Assembly: GCA_963822945.1 (NCBI GenBank)
Contig: CAWGJO010000038.1
Location: 1-53,994 of the forward strand
Reading direction: 5' to 3'
From: an uncultured Gemmatimonadaceae bacterium
Lineage (GTDB): Bacteria > Gemmatimonadota > Gemmatimonadetes > Gemmatimonadales > Gemmatimonadaceae
DNA: 53,994 nucleotides
The notes beneath the pieces are model-generated. The model saw nothing but the letters and a program-made list of their open reading frames with translations. It ran no database searches and was not told the origin of the DNA. The position numbers and the translations under genes were made by a program. This document shows positions 1 to 9,491 of the stretch, in pieces (the stretch's first letter is position 1; each line of letters starts with the position of its first letter).

Positions 1-324
1 CATCCAGTTGATGGTCAGCTTCTGGTGGCCGGGCTCGTAGCCGAAGCTGTGCTCCTGCCACTGCTGGACGGCGTCGTCGCGCATGATCTGCACCACCTCG
101 CGGAACGTTTCCGTATACCGGCCGTCCGCTTCCAGCCGCACGACGCCGTCATCGAGCAGGTAGACCCACGACTCCTCGGGGTGGTCGGCCGGGTTGACGG
201 CCAGACGGTAGATCGTGTCGCTCACCACCGACGGATCGCCGGCGGGGGTGATGATCGGCGCCTGCGCGTGGACGGGCCACGCCGTACCGATCAGGAGGGG
301 CAGGAGGAGGGTCGACGGTCGCAT
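1..324 (-). CDS. Secreted DUF3857/transglutaminase-associated family protein, 5' part (runs off the left edge)
   Basis: Not in the ORF track; translated by hand from ATG at 324: MRPSTLLLPLLIGTAWPVHAQAPIITPAGDPSVVSDTIYRLAVNPADHPEESWVYLLDDGVVRLEADGRYTETFREVVQIM... Signal peptide present and no stop before the edge. Family call is by resemblance. Confidence 0.7.
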   Translation of the reverse strand, partial: MRPSTLLLPLLIGTAWPVHAQAPIITPAGDPSVVSDTIYRLAVNPADHPEESWVYLLDDGVVRLEADGRYTETFREVVQIMRDDAVQQWQEHSFGYEPGHQKLTINWM

Positions 325-406
325 CGGAGGGGTGGGAGTTGAGAGTGCTCGTAAGGCAGGGCGCCCTCCCCATTCTGTCGTCAGGCCCCGCCGCCCCGCA
401 ATACCG

Positions 407-447
407 AAAAAACGCCCGGCCGCCTGCAAAATGCAGACGGCCGGGCG
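407..447 (-). terminator. Rho-independent terminator of the VPS10-type gene
   Basis: Minus strand CGCCCGGCCGTCTGCA-TTT-TGCAGGCGGCCGGGCG (16-bp stem, one G-U) followed by T6, about 20 nt past the stop at 469. Confidence 0.85.
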
Positions 448-468
448 CCATGCGTGTAAACGGAGCGG

Positions 469-3400
469 TTAGCCGTTCGAATCCCAGGTTGGCAGGCGGC
501 CCGGTGTCCAGGGCGCGCCCGCCGCTTCGGCGGCGTCCTCCAAATGTTTGAGATCGACGTTGATGAACTGGCGCAGCCGGGCGAGGATGGCGCCGAACTG
601 CGACGCCACCACGTCGTACTGACGCTTCTGCGTGTTCGTGGCGTCTTCGAGGGTCGAGAACCAGAGGCCTCCGGTGATGTTGCCCAGGCGCTCGAGGAGC
701 GACGGCGGCGTGGGCTCGCTGTGGCGGGCCTTGGTGTCGTCGCCGCTGAGCAGTTCCTGCACCGCGCGCAGCGTGTCTTCGAGCGCCATGGCCCGCCGGG
801 CCAGGGAGTCGGTGGGCGTTGCGGTCCGCGCCAGCGCCTGTTGCAGGGCGGCGAGGCGGGACGCGGCCTCACCGGCGGCCGCATTCGCGCCGAGCACGGC
901 GCGCTGCAGCTTGGCCGTCTTCTGCTGGAAGGCGACGACGGCCGCCGAGCGCGGCGTGGCCGATCCGTCGAGCATGTACACGTCGAAGCTCTGCGGCTGG
1001 CCCAGCGTCGACTCGACGCCGTCCACGAGCTTCGACATCGCCACGTGATAGGTGCCCGGGGCCACGAACGGCCCACCGCCGGCGTCGCCTCCGTCCGCCC
1101 CGGCCGTTGCCCGTGATCGGCGTCATGGCGGGATAGCGGAGGTTCCAGGTCACGCGCTGCACGCCGGCCTTGGGCGTCTCGTACAGGCGCCGGACCACGC
1201 GGCCCTCGGGATCCGTGACGGTGAAGATCAACTGCGGTGGCCGCTCTTCGTTCTCCACCTTGAGCGAGTCCCAGGGTGGATAGAACACGTCGCTGCCCTT
1301 CTTCGCAGCCGCCGCGTCCGCGGCTTCGCGTACCTGCTTCCTGGTCTTGATGGCCGTCTTGAGGTAGTAGGTGAACGTGGCGCCGAAGGGCGGGTTCGGG
1401 GCCGTATAGAAGTCACCGCCGTGCGTATTGCCCAGCGGGCTGTCCTGCATGTACAGCGCCGCGCGCTTCACGGGCAGCAGCGCCGCGTCGGAGGCCAGCA
1501 CTGCCGGCGTCAGTTCGCGCAGCGGCGCGATGTTGTCCAGGATGTAGTAGCCGCGGCCGAACGTCGCCACGGCCAGGTCGTCCTCGCGCTTCTGGATTTC
1601 CAGGTCGCGCACCGCGATGGTGGGCAGCCCGTTCTTGAGCTGCGTCCAGTGCTTGCCGCCGTTCGCGGTGTAGTAGAGCCCGAATTCGGTGCCCACGAAC
1701 AGCAACTGCGGATCCTTGGGGTCCTCGATGATCGTGTACGCCGTGCCGTTCTGCGGCAGGTCGCCCACGATCGAGGTCCAGCTCTTTCCGAGATCGGTGC
1801 TCTTGAGCAGGTACGGCTTGAAGTCGCCCGACTTGTGGTTGTCGAACGCCACGTACACGGTGTTCGTGTCGAACGCGCTCGGCGTGACGCGGGAGACGAA
1901 GGTGGTGTCGGGGACGCCGGGGAAGTGGTCGATCTTCCGCCAGTGCTGCCCGTCGTCCTCGGTCACCTGAATCAATCCGTCGTCCGTGCCCACCCACAGC
2001 AGCCCCGCCTTGAGCGGCGACTCGCCGATGGTGACGATCTCGCCGTAGAAGGACGTCGAGGTGTTCTTGCCGAGGGCATCCACGCCCCACACGCGTCCCA
2101 TCATCTTGAGCTTGTTGCGGTCGATCTGCCGCGACAGGTCGGGGCTCACCGCGCGCCAGGTGTCGCCGCGGTCGTCGCTCTGCCACAGAATCTGCGATCC
2201 GAAATAGAGCCGCGTGTGCGAATGCGGGCTGATGATGAGCGGCGCGTCCCAGAACCAGCGGAGCGCCGGCTGGCCGGGCTCGGGCTGGGGAATGATGTCC
2301 ACGTTCTCGCCCGTCTTGATGTTGAACCGCGCCAGGTAGCCGTTCTGGGCCTGCGCGTACACCGTATTCGGGTCTTCGGGATCGACGCGCGACTGGAAGC
2401 CGTCGCCGCCCTGCGTGAAGTACCAGTCGGAGTTGACGATGCCGTAGTCCGCGCGCGTCTGCGACGGGCCACCCACCGACGAGTTGTCCTGCGTGCCGCC
2501 GTACAGATGGTAGAAGGGCAGCGCGTTGTCCGTCTCCACGCGGTAGAACTGCGCCAGCGGCAGGTTGCCGAAGAACTTGTACGTCTTGCCGCGGTCGAAA
2601 CTCTCGTAGAGGCCGCCGTCGCAGCCCACCAGCAGATGCTCCGAATTCTTCGGGTCGATCCAGAAGACGTGCGTGTCCACGTGCTTGTTCCTGTCGCCCA
2701 CGTTCCGGAAGGTGTGCCCACCGTCGTCCGTCACCTGGGCCAGGAAGTCGCCGGCGTACACGCGGTCCACGTCGTGCGGATCGGCGTAGATGCGGTTGTA
2801 GTACAGGCCCACGCTCGTGTAGTCGTTCATCTTCGTCCAGCTCGCGCCGTCGTCGGTGGAGCGGTAGAACCCGCCGCCCTTGCCGGCTTCGACGATCGCG
2901 TATGCCACGTCGGGATCCTGGGGCGCCAGCGGCCAGCCCGTAGCGGCCCACGGCGTTGCCCGACGGCAGCCCCTCGGTGACCTTGGTCCACGTGGCGCCG
3001 GCGTCGGTGCTGCGCCAGAGCGCCGACTCGGGACCGCCGGCGATGTACCCCCATTCGCGGCGGTAGCGCTGCCAGGTCGCGGCCAGCAGCCGATCGGGGT
3101 TCCGGGGATCCATCACCACGTCGGCCACGCCCGCCCACTCGCCGTTGCCGAGGATCTTCGTCCACGTCTTGCCGCCGTCGGTGGTCTTGTACAGCCCGCG
3201 GTCGCCGCCCGCGCTGAACAGCGGACCCTGCGCGGCGACGTACACCACGTTGGAATTGCGCGGATCGACGACGATGCGCCCGATGTGCTCGGAGTGCGCG
3301 AGCCCCATGTTCTTCCACGACTTGCCGCCGTCCTCCGACTTGTACACGCCGTCGCCGTATGCCACCGACCGCTGCGCGTTGTACTCGCCCGTGCCCACCC

Positions 3401-3764
3401 ACACCACGTTCGGGTTGTTCGGGTCGAGCGTCACCACGCCGATCGAATACACGGGTTCGTGATCGAAGACGGGCGTCCAGGTGGTGCCCGCGTTGTCGGT
3501 CTTCCACAGCCCGCCCGACGCCGCGCCCACGTACCACTGCGACTCGTCGCGCGGGTTGACCGCGATGTCGGTGATGCGGCCGGAGATCATGGCCGGCCCG
3601 ATGGATCGGAGATGGAGGCCGGCGAGCGAGGGCCCGCCGGCATGGCCGGAGTCGGCGCCGCCGGAACCGCGCTGCGCGGCCGCCGGCTGCAGGGGCAGGA
3701 GCATGGCCAGCGCGCACGTCGCGCCGGCGAGACGAATCGAGAGAAGGCGTCGAGATAGCTGCAT
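469..3764 (-). CDS. Secreted VPS10/BNR (Asp-box) repeat glycosyl hydrolase-like protein, split by two frameshifts (about 2932 and about 1090)
   Basis: Signal peptide, RSIGPAMISGRI start and many SxDGGxTW Asp-boxes. The protein continues across ORFs 1413..3764, 869..2908 and 469..1065; one-base corrections give GLALAPQDPDVAYAI and GDAGGGPFVAPGTY. Confidence 0.85.
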
Positions 3765-3867
3765 GGGTCTCGGAGTGAAGGTCTGGCTGAAATTACGCGC
3801 TCACCCGGCGATGGAAAGGAGCCCCGCATGCGCTACCTTTCGGGACGACCTCCGCCGACGAGCTGCC

Positions 3868-4920
3868 ATGACCGACACGCCCGCTGTGCCCGCCGCGTCG
3901 CGCTCCCCCGTCCGGGGCTTCCCCCGGATGTTCGCCCTCCTCGCCGTGCTCATCTACGCCATCGAGTTCGCCATCGCGCGCTCGCCCATGGCCGGCACGA
4001 GGCCGATGATCCCGCTCGCCGTGACGCTCGACCTGACGCTGTTCGTGCCCGCACTCTACTGGCTGCTCGTCATCCGGCCCGCCGGCGCGTCGGCCACGCG
4101 CGTGGTGGCCGCGTTCGTGCTCAGCTTCATCGGCGCGCGATTCGTGCTGCTGCCCGGGCAGCGCGAGTACCTCATGTACGTGCGCTTCCTCGGCGCGCCC
4201 GCCGAGTTGGCGCTCATCGCCTACGTGGTGGTCAAGGTGCGCCGCGCCGCCCGCGGCTTCCGCGGGGCCGCCCCCACGGCCGACGTGCCGGAGCGCATCG
4301 GCGCGGCGCTCGCCAACGCCTTCCCGTATCGTGTGGTGGGCCGGCTGCTGAGCACCGAACTCACCGTGCTCTACTACGCGCTGCTCTCATGGCGGCGTGC
4401 GCCGCATGTGCCAACGGGAAGCGACGCCTTCACCTTCCACCGCCGGAGCGGGTTGATCGCGCTCCTGTCGGCGGCCACGGGCGCGGCCGTGGTCGAACTG
4501 TTCGTCGTGCACCTGGCCGTGCACGCGTTCAGCGCGCGCGTGGCCTGGGGCCTCACGTTCGTGAGCGCCGTCGGCGTGGTCTGGCTCATCGGCTTCACGC
4601 GCGCCATCGTGCTGCGCCCCGTTCTCGTGACGGCGCGCGGCGTTCTGGTGCGCAGCGGAGTGCAGTGGACGGTCGACGTGCCGTTCGCGGACATCGCGCG
4701 ATTGGAAACCGGGCGAGTGTCCGCCCCGGCGGGGCGCGTGCCCGGCCACCTGCGCGTTGGCGGCTCGGGACGGCCGACGGCCGTGATCCACCTGCGCGAG
4801 CCGGCAACGGCCGCCGGCATCTACGGGCGGAACCGGCAGGCGCGCACCATCTCGATCACGCTCGACGAGCCGGCGGCGTTCGCCGAGGCCGTGCGCGTGC
4901 GCGGGGGGATCGACGGGTGA
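3868..4920 (+). CDS. Multi-pass membrane protein of unknown function with a possible C-terminal bacterial PH-like domain
   Basis: ATG at 3868, several hydrophobic segments, GC3-rich codons; C-terminus resembles bPH (VLVRSG...DVPFADIARLE...ISITLDEPAAF). Confidence 0.7.
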   Translation: MTDTPAVPAASRSPVRGFPRMFALLAVLIYAIEFAIARSPMAGTRPMIPLAVTLDLTLFVPALYWLLVIRPAGASATRVVAAFVLSFIGARFVLLPGQREYLMYVRFLGAPAELALIAYVVVKVRRAARGFRGAAPTADVPERIGAALANAFPYRVVGRLLSTELTVLYYALLSWRRAPHVPTGSDAFTFHRRSGLIALLSAATGAAVVELFVVHLAVHAFSARVAWGLTFVSAVGVVWLIGFTRAIVLRPVLVTARGVLVRSGVQWTVDVPFADIARLETGRVSAPAGRVPGHLRVGGSGRPTAVIHLREPATAAGIYGRNRQARTISITLDEPAAFAEAVRVRGGIDG

Positions 4921-5411
4921 GCGAGCGCCCCCCGCCCCCGCCGCCCGCGAACTGCTGCGCCATACGGTGGCCACGGTGGCGTACCGGGCAGGGAAGGCGG
5001 TGCGCCATGCGCCCGCCGCGTTCGCCGGGTACCGCTGCGGGCCGACGTCCACGCACCCCGGTGCAGATCCTGGCGCACATGGGCGATCTCTACGATTGGG
5101 CGCTCTGGATGGCGCGCGGCCGGCACGAATGGCATGACTCAACGCCGTTGCCGTGGGACGACGAGGTGGCGCGTTTCTTCGCCGCGCTCGCCGCGTTCGA
5201 CGCCTACCTGGCCGGCAGCGAACCGCTGGGCCGGCCGGCCGAGATGCTGTTCCAGGGACCGGTGGCCGATTCGCTTGCCCACATCGGCCAACTGACCATG
5301 CTGCGCCGCCTCGCGGGCTCTCCCGTGCGCGCCGAGAACTACGCCAAGGCCGAGATCAGCACGGGACGTGTGGGCGCCGAGCAGGCGGCGCCGCGCGTCG
5401 AATTCGACTAG
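4917..5411 (+). CDS. DinB/YfiT-like four-helix protein with two compensating frameshifts (about 4935 and 5051)
   Basis: GTGA overlap with the upstream stop. An alternate frame at 4943-5050 reads ARELLRHTVATVAYRAGKAVR, then RTPVQILAHMGDL...DSLAHIGQLTMLRRLAGSP with the DinB His pattern. Confidence 0.7.
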   Translation: MSERPPPPPPANCCAIRWPRWRTGQGRRCAMRPPRSPGTAAGRRPRTPVQILAHMGDLYDWALWMARGRHEWHDSTPLPWDDEVARFFAALAAFDAYLAGSEPLGRPAEMLFQGPVADSLAHIGQLTMLRRLAGSPVRAENYAKAEISTGRVGAEQAAPRVEFD

Positions 5412-5435
5412 CGGCGCCACCCGGCGACCCGGCGG

Positions 5436-6419
5436 CTACCGGTCGAGTGCCGCCATGGCTTTGGTCTGGTAGCGCTCGCCGGCCACTGCGTCTCGCGGGA
5501 ACGCCGCTTCCAGCGCCGCTCGGTCGGCCGGTGTGAGGGTCAGGTCCACCGCGGTCACGTTCTGCTCCAGGTACTTCACGCGTTTGGTGCCGGGAATGGG
5601 CACGATGTCGTCGCCCTGCGACAGCACCCACGCCAGCGCGAGTTGCGCGGCTGTCACCCCCTTGGCGGCGGCCAACCGCCGCACTGCGTCCACGAGCGCC
5701 AGATTGCGCCGGAAATTCTCGCCCTGGAAGCGCGGCTGGATGCGTCGGAAGTCGTCGGGCGCGAAGTCCTCGGGGTTGGTGATCTCTCCGCTCAGGAATC
5801 CGCGGCCCAGCGGGCTGTAGGCCACGAAGCCGATCCCCAATTCGCGGCACACGTCGAGCATCCCGTCCTCCGGATCGCGCGTCCACAGACTGTACTCGCT
5901 CTGCAGCGCCGTGATGGGGTGGACGGCGTGGGCCCGCCGCAGCGTCTCCGCCGATACTTCGGACAACCCGATGTAGCGCACCTTTCCCGCCTCGACCAGA
6001 CGCTGCATGGCGCCCACCGTGTCCTCGATAGGAGTCTTGGCGTCCACCCGGTGCAGGTAGTAGAGGTCGATGTAATCCGTCTTGAGACGCTTGAGGCTGG
6101 CCTCGCACGCCTGGAGGCAGTAGTCGGGGGAGGCGTTGAATCCGCGGTAGGCCGGATTGTTCGGGTCGCGCACGATGCCGAACTTGGTTGCCACCACCAC
6201 CGATTGGCGGCGCGCGCCGAGCACGCTGCCGAGCAGTTCCTCGTTGGTGCCCGAGCCGTACATGTCCGCCGTGTCGTAGAACGTGATGCCGAGTGCCAGG
6301 GCCCGCTCCAGCGTGGCCACCGACTCGGCTCCGTTGCGCGGACCGTAGAAGTCGCTCATTCCCATACAGCCCAGCCCGATCGCCGATACCTCGAGCGGGC
6401 CCAGCTTCCGATGCTGCAT
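5436..6419 (-). CDS. Aldo/keto reductase (AKR13-like)
   Basis: [50 protein letters not shown] motifs. Confidence 0.95.
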   Translation of the reverse strand: MQHRKLGPLEVSAIGLGCMGMSDFYGPRNGAESVATLERALALGITFYDTADMYGSGTNEELLGSVLGARRQSVVVATKFGIVRDPNNPAYRGFNASPDYCLQACEASLKRLKTDYIDLYYLHRVDAKTPIEDTVGAMQRLVEAGKVRYIGLSEVSAETLRRAHAVHPITALQSEYSLWTRDPEDGMLDVCRELGIGFVAYSPLGRGFLSGEITNPEDFAPDDFRRIQPRFQGENFRRNLALVDAVRRLAAAKGVTAAQLALAWVLSQGDDIVPIPGTKRVKYLEQNVTAVDLTLTPADRAALEAAFPRDAVAGERYQTKAMAALDR

Positions 6420-6590
6420 CGTGCGCTCCCGTGGCTGGTTCTCCGTCCAAGCTAACAGCCGGGGCGGAAGATCCCAGCCGGTTCGCGCCTGGCCCGGACC
6501 GGCGGGCGGGGTGGTTCCAACGATCCAGCGGCCTCAGGGGTAGAATAGGCGGGCGGCCTCCCCGCCGTCCGAACCATAGAGGAGGAATTC

Positions 6591-7127
6591 ATGCGACGCA
6601 TTGCCTTCTTGCTCTCACTCCTGATGGTCGTGCCCACGTTGTCCCTGGCCCAGCGCGGCGGCCGGACCCGCAGCGGCGCCACCTCGCGCACGAACATGTT
6701 TCCCACCGACCAGATGCGCAGCCGCGCCACGACGGTGACCAGCAGCAAGCTGCGGGATCTCGATCCCCTCGCGATCCTGGTCGGCAAGCACAAGGATCTG
6801 GCGCTCACCGATTCCCAGGTGACCGCGCTCCGGACCATGGACGACCAGCTTGGCGCCGTCCAGAAACCCGCGTACCACGTGCTCGATTCGCTCGACCAGG
6901 AATTGTCGAACATCGGGGACCATCCCACGTCGGACGAGCAGCGGCAGATGCAGACGGCGAACACGTTCGTGCGGATGATCGCCACGCACGTGCGCGAGCA
7001 GTACGACTCGGTGGAGAAGGCCGCCGGGGCGCTGATGACCGACGACCAGAAACACAAGGCAGACGACGTGTTGAAGGATTCCCACGATCAGTTGGCCCGG
7101 CTCACCGCCCGCGGCCGCAATCGCTGA
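6591..7127 (+). CDS. Secreted alpha-helical protein, Spy/CpxP-like (LTxxQ motifs)
   Basis: AGGAGG RBS, signal peptide ending SLA-Q, LALTDSQ and LMTDDQK motifs. Confidence 0.7.
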   Translation: MRRIAFLLSLLMVVPTLSLAQRGGRTRSGATSRTNMFPTDQMRSRATTVTSSKLRDLDPLAILVGKHKDLALTDSQVTALRTMDDQLGAVQKPAYHVLDSLDQELSNIGDHPTSDEQRQMQTANTFVRMIATHVREQYDSVEKAAGALMTDDQKHKADDVLKDSHDQLARLTARGRNR

Positions 7128-7319
7128 GATCGTGGGGCCGCTCCGGTACGGCACCCGCGCGTCGAGGGGACGCGCGGGCCGTGCCCGTGTCGGGCAGCGC
7201 CCGACAGCAGTGTTCCGCTTCCCTGACTGACGGGGAGCGGTTTCCGGCCAAGACTGAGCGCAGCGGCCGCGCGCGCGTCGACGCGCGCGGCCCGTGCCAC
7301 TATTGCCGGAGACCCGTTC

Positions 7320-8756
7320 ATGACCAACCGTAGCTGGGCCGAACCCTGGAAGATCAAGGTCGTCGAGCCCATCAAGATGACCGACCGCCGCCAGCGCGAG
7401 CACGCTATCCGCGATGCCGGCTACAACACCTTCCTCCTCCGCTCCGAAGACGTCTACATCGATCTGCTCACCGACTCGGGCACGAGCGCGATGTCGGACC
7501 GCCAGTGGGCGGGCATGATGCTGGGCGACGAAGCATATGCCGGCTCGCGGAACTTCTACCGTCTGGAACGCGCGGTTCGCGATCACTACGGCTACGAGCA
7601 TCTGATCCCGACCCACCAGGGGCGGGGCGCCGAGCACATCCTGTCGCGCATCCTCATCAAGCCGGGCGACCACGTGGCGGGCAACATGTACTTCACCACC
7701 ACGCGGGCGCACCAGGAGCTGGCCGGCGCGACGTTTCACGACGTGATCATCGCCGAAGCGCACGACCCGCGCTCGGAGCATCCGTTCAAGGGCGACGTGG
7801 ACCTGGCCAAGCTCGCCGCGCTGGTGAACGAGGTGGGCGCCGAGCGCATGCCCTACATCTCGGTGGCGGCCACGGTGAACATGGCCGGCGGCCAGCCGAT
7901 CAGCCTGGCCAACATGAAGGCGGTGTATGAATTCGCGCACGCGCGCGGCATCAAGGTGATCCTCGATGCCACGCGGGCCGTGGAGAACGCGTGGTTCATT
8001 CAGCAGCGCGAGCCGGGCCAGCGCGACCGCACGGTGGCCGAGATCCTGCTCGATCTGTGCCGGTACTCCGACGGCGCGACGATGTCGGGCAAGAAGGACA
8101 GCCTCGTGAACATCGGCGGATGGCTGGGGCTGCGCGACGACGACCTGGCCGCGAAGGCGCGGAACCTCGTGGTGATGTTCGAGGGACTCCACACCTACGG
8201 CGGGCTGGCCGGACGCGACATGGAAGCGATGGCCATCGGCATCGAGGAATCGGTGCAGGAGGACCACGTTCGCAGCCGCATCGGCCAGGTGCTGTATCTC
8301 GGGACGCGGCTGATGGACGCCGGCATTCCCGTGGTGCGTCCCATCGGCGGCCACGCGGTGTTCCTCGACGCCGCGGCCATCCTGCCGCAGATCCCGCGCG
8401 AGGAGTTCCCGGCGCAGGCGCTGGCGGCCGCCCTCTACGTGGAGTCCGGGGTGCGCGCCATGGAGCGGGGGACGGTGTCGTCGGGCCGCGATCCGCAGAC
8501 CGGGGCCAACCGCGTGCCGAAGCTCGAACTCGTGCGCCTCACCATTCCGCGCCGCGTCTACACGCAGGCGCACATGGACGTTACCGCCGAGAGCGTGATC
8601 GCCGTGTACGAGAAGCGGGAGCGTGTGGCGGGACTGCAGTTCACGTACGAGCCCGAACTGCTGCGCTTCTTCCAGGCGCGGTTCGAGCCGGTGGGGGCGG
8701 AGACGATCTTCCGCGACAGCGGGGCCGCCCGGGAACCCGAGGCCGCCGGAGCGTAG
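7320..8756 (+). CDS. tpl: Tyrosine phenol-lyase (PLP beta-eliminating lyase)
   Basis: IDLLTDSGT, GDEAYAGS, PTHQGRGAE and MSGKKD (PLP lysine). Carries the TPL-type NMYFTTTR and LRFF, where tryptophanase has FDTT and RHF. Confidence 0.9.
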   Translation: MTNRSWAEPWKIKVVEPIKMTDRRQREHAIRDAGYNTFLLRSEDVYIDLLTDSGTSAMSDRQWAGMMLGDEAYAGSRNFYRLERAVRDHYGYEHLIPTHQGRGAEHILSRILIKPGDHVAGNMYFTTTRAHQELAGATFHDVIIAEAHDPRSEHPFKGDVDLAKLAALVNEVGAERMPYISVAATVNMAGGQPISLANMKAVYEFAHARGIKVILDATRAVENAWFIQQREPGQRDRTVAEILLDLCRYSDGATMSGKKDSLVNIGGWLGLRDDDLAAKARNLVVMFEGLHTYGGLAGRDMEAMAIGIEESVQEDHVRSRIGQVLYLGTRLMDAGIPVVRPIGGHAVFLDAAAILPQIPREEFPAQALAAALYVESGVRAMERGTVSSGRDPQTGANRVPKLELVRLTIPRRVYTQAHMDVTAESVIAVYEKRERVAGLQFTYEPELLRFFQARFEPVGAETIFRDSGAAREPEAAGA

Positions 8757-8912
8757 CCCCCGGGCCCCGCCCGGATCGCGCTCCTGCCGGCGGGAGGCTG
8801 ACGTGGCGGGCCGGGGTACCGTAAGTTGAGGATGATGGGAGTGAGGCGGGGGCCATCCGGTCTCCGCCGCTCCCGCATCCCCCCGGCAGACCTCCTCACC
8901 GGACCAGCACTC

Positions 8913-9437
8913 ATGAAATTCCGCACCTGGGCCATTGCGGCTACCCTGGCCCTCACCTCGGCCGTTCCCGCTCTGGCGCAGCGCCGCGGCGACCGCGACA
9001 ACGCCAATACGCGGGCCGACAAGGCGCACATCGTCACCTCCGACTCCGTGGAACGGCTCAACCCCATCTCGCCGCTCATCGCCCGGCGCCGTGAGCTCGG
9101 GATCCCCGATTCGCTGATCGGCAAGCTCGGAGCCATCCTGTCGCGGCTCGATGCGATGAACACGCGGGCCCTGCACCAGATCGATTCGCTCGCCGCCAAC
9201 CGGGAGGGCCCGCCGGTGGCGGCGCCCGATCCGTCGGAGGATCGCCGGCCGCCCGGCACCGTGTCGCTCGACCTGCTCATCGGGCAGATCTCGAAGAACA
9301 ACGATACGGCAGCCCAGCAGGCGCTGAATCTGCTCTCGGGTAAGACGGCGAGCCGGGCCCTCAAGATCGTGAACGACCAGCGGGACAAATTGCAGCAACT
9401 GCTGATGGACAGCGGTTTCGGCCGCCGCGGGCGCTGA
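8913..9437 (+). CDS. Secreted alpha-helical protein, similar to 6591..7127
   Basis: ATG at 8913, signal peptide ending ALA-Q; RLNPISPLIARRRELGIPDS aligns by eye with DLDPLAILVGKHKDLALTDS. Confidence 0.7.
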   Translation: MKFRTWAIAATLALTSAVPALAQRRGDRDNANTRADKAHIVTSDSVERLNPISPLIARRRELGIPDSLIGKLGAILSRLDAMNTRALHQIDSLAANREGPPVAAPDPSEDRRPPGTVSLDLLIGQISKNNDTAAQQALNLLSGKTASRALKIVNDQRDKLQQLLMDSGFGRRGR

Positions 9438-9491
9438 CGGTGGTGAACCGTCCGGGCGACGCCATACCCCCGGTTTCCCCGAACGGAGACG

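Noticed and set aside
472..489. GTTCGAATCCC as a tRNA T-loop or integration site
   Set aside because: The flanks do not form a T-stem or cloverleaf; it is the antisense of the last codons (WDSNG) of the VPS10-type gene.
869..2940. Programmed ribosomal frameshifting in the VPS10-type and other split genes
   Set aside because: No slippery heptamer at the break points, and the breaks are scattered across unrelated gene families.
7320..8756. Tryptophanase (tnaA) with a TnaC leader
   Set aside because: The residues FTTT and RFF match tyrosine phenol-lyase, and no TnaC-like leader ORF is evident.
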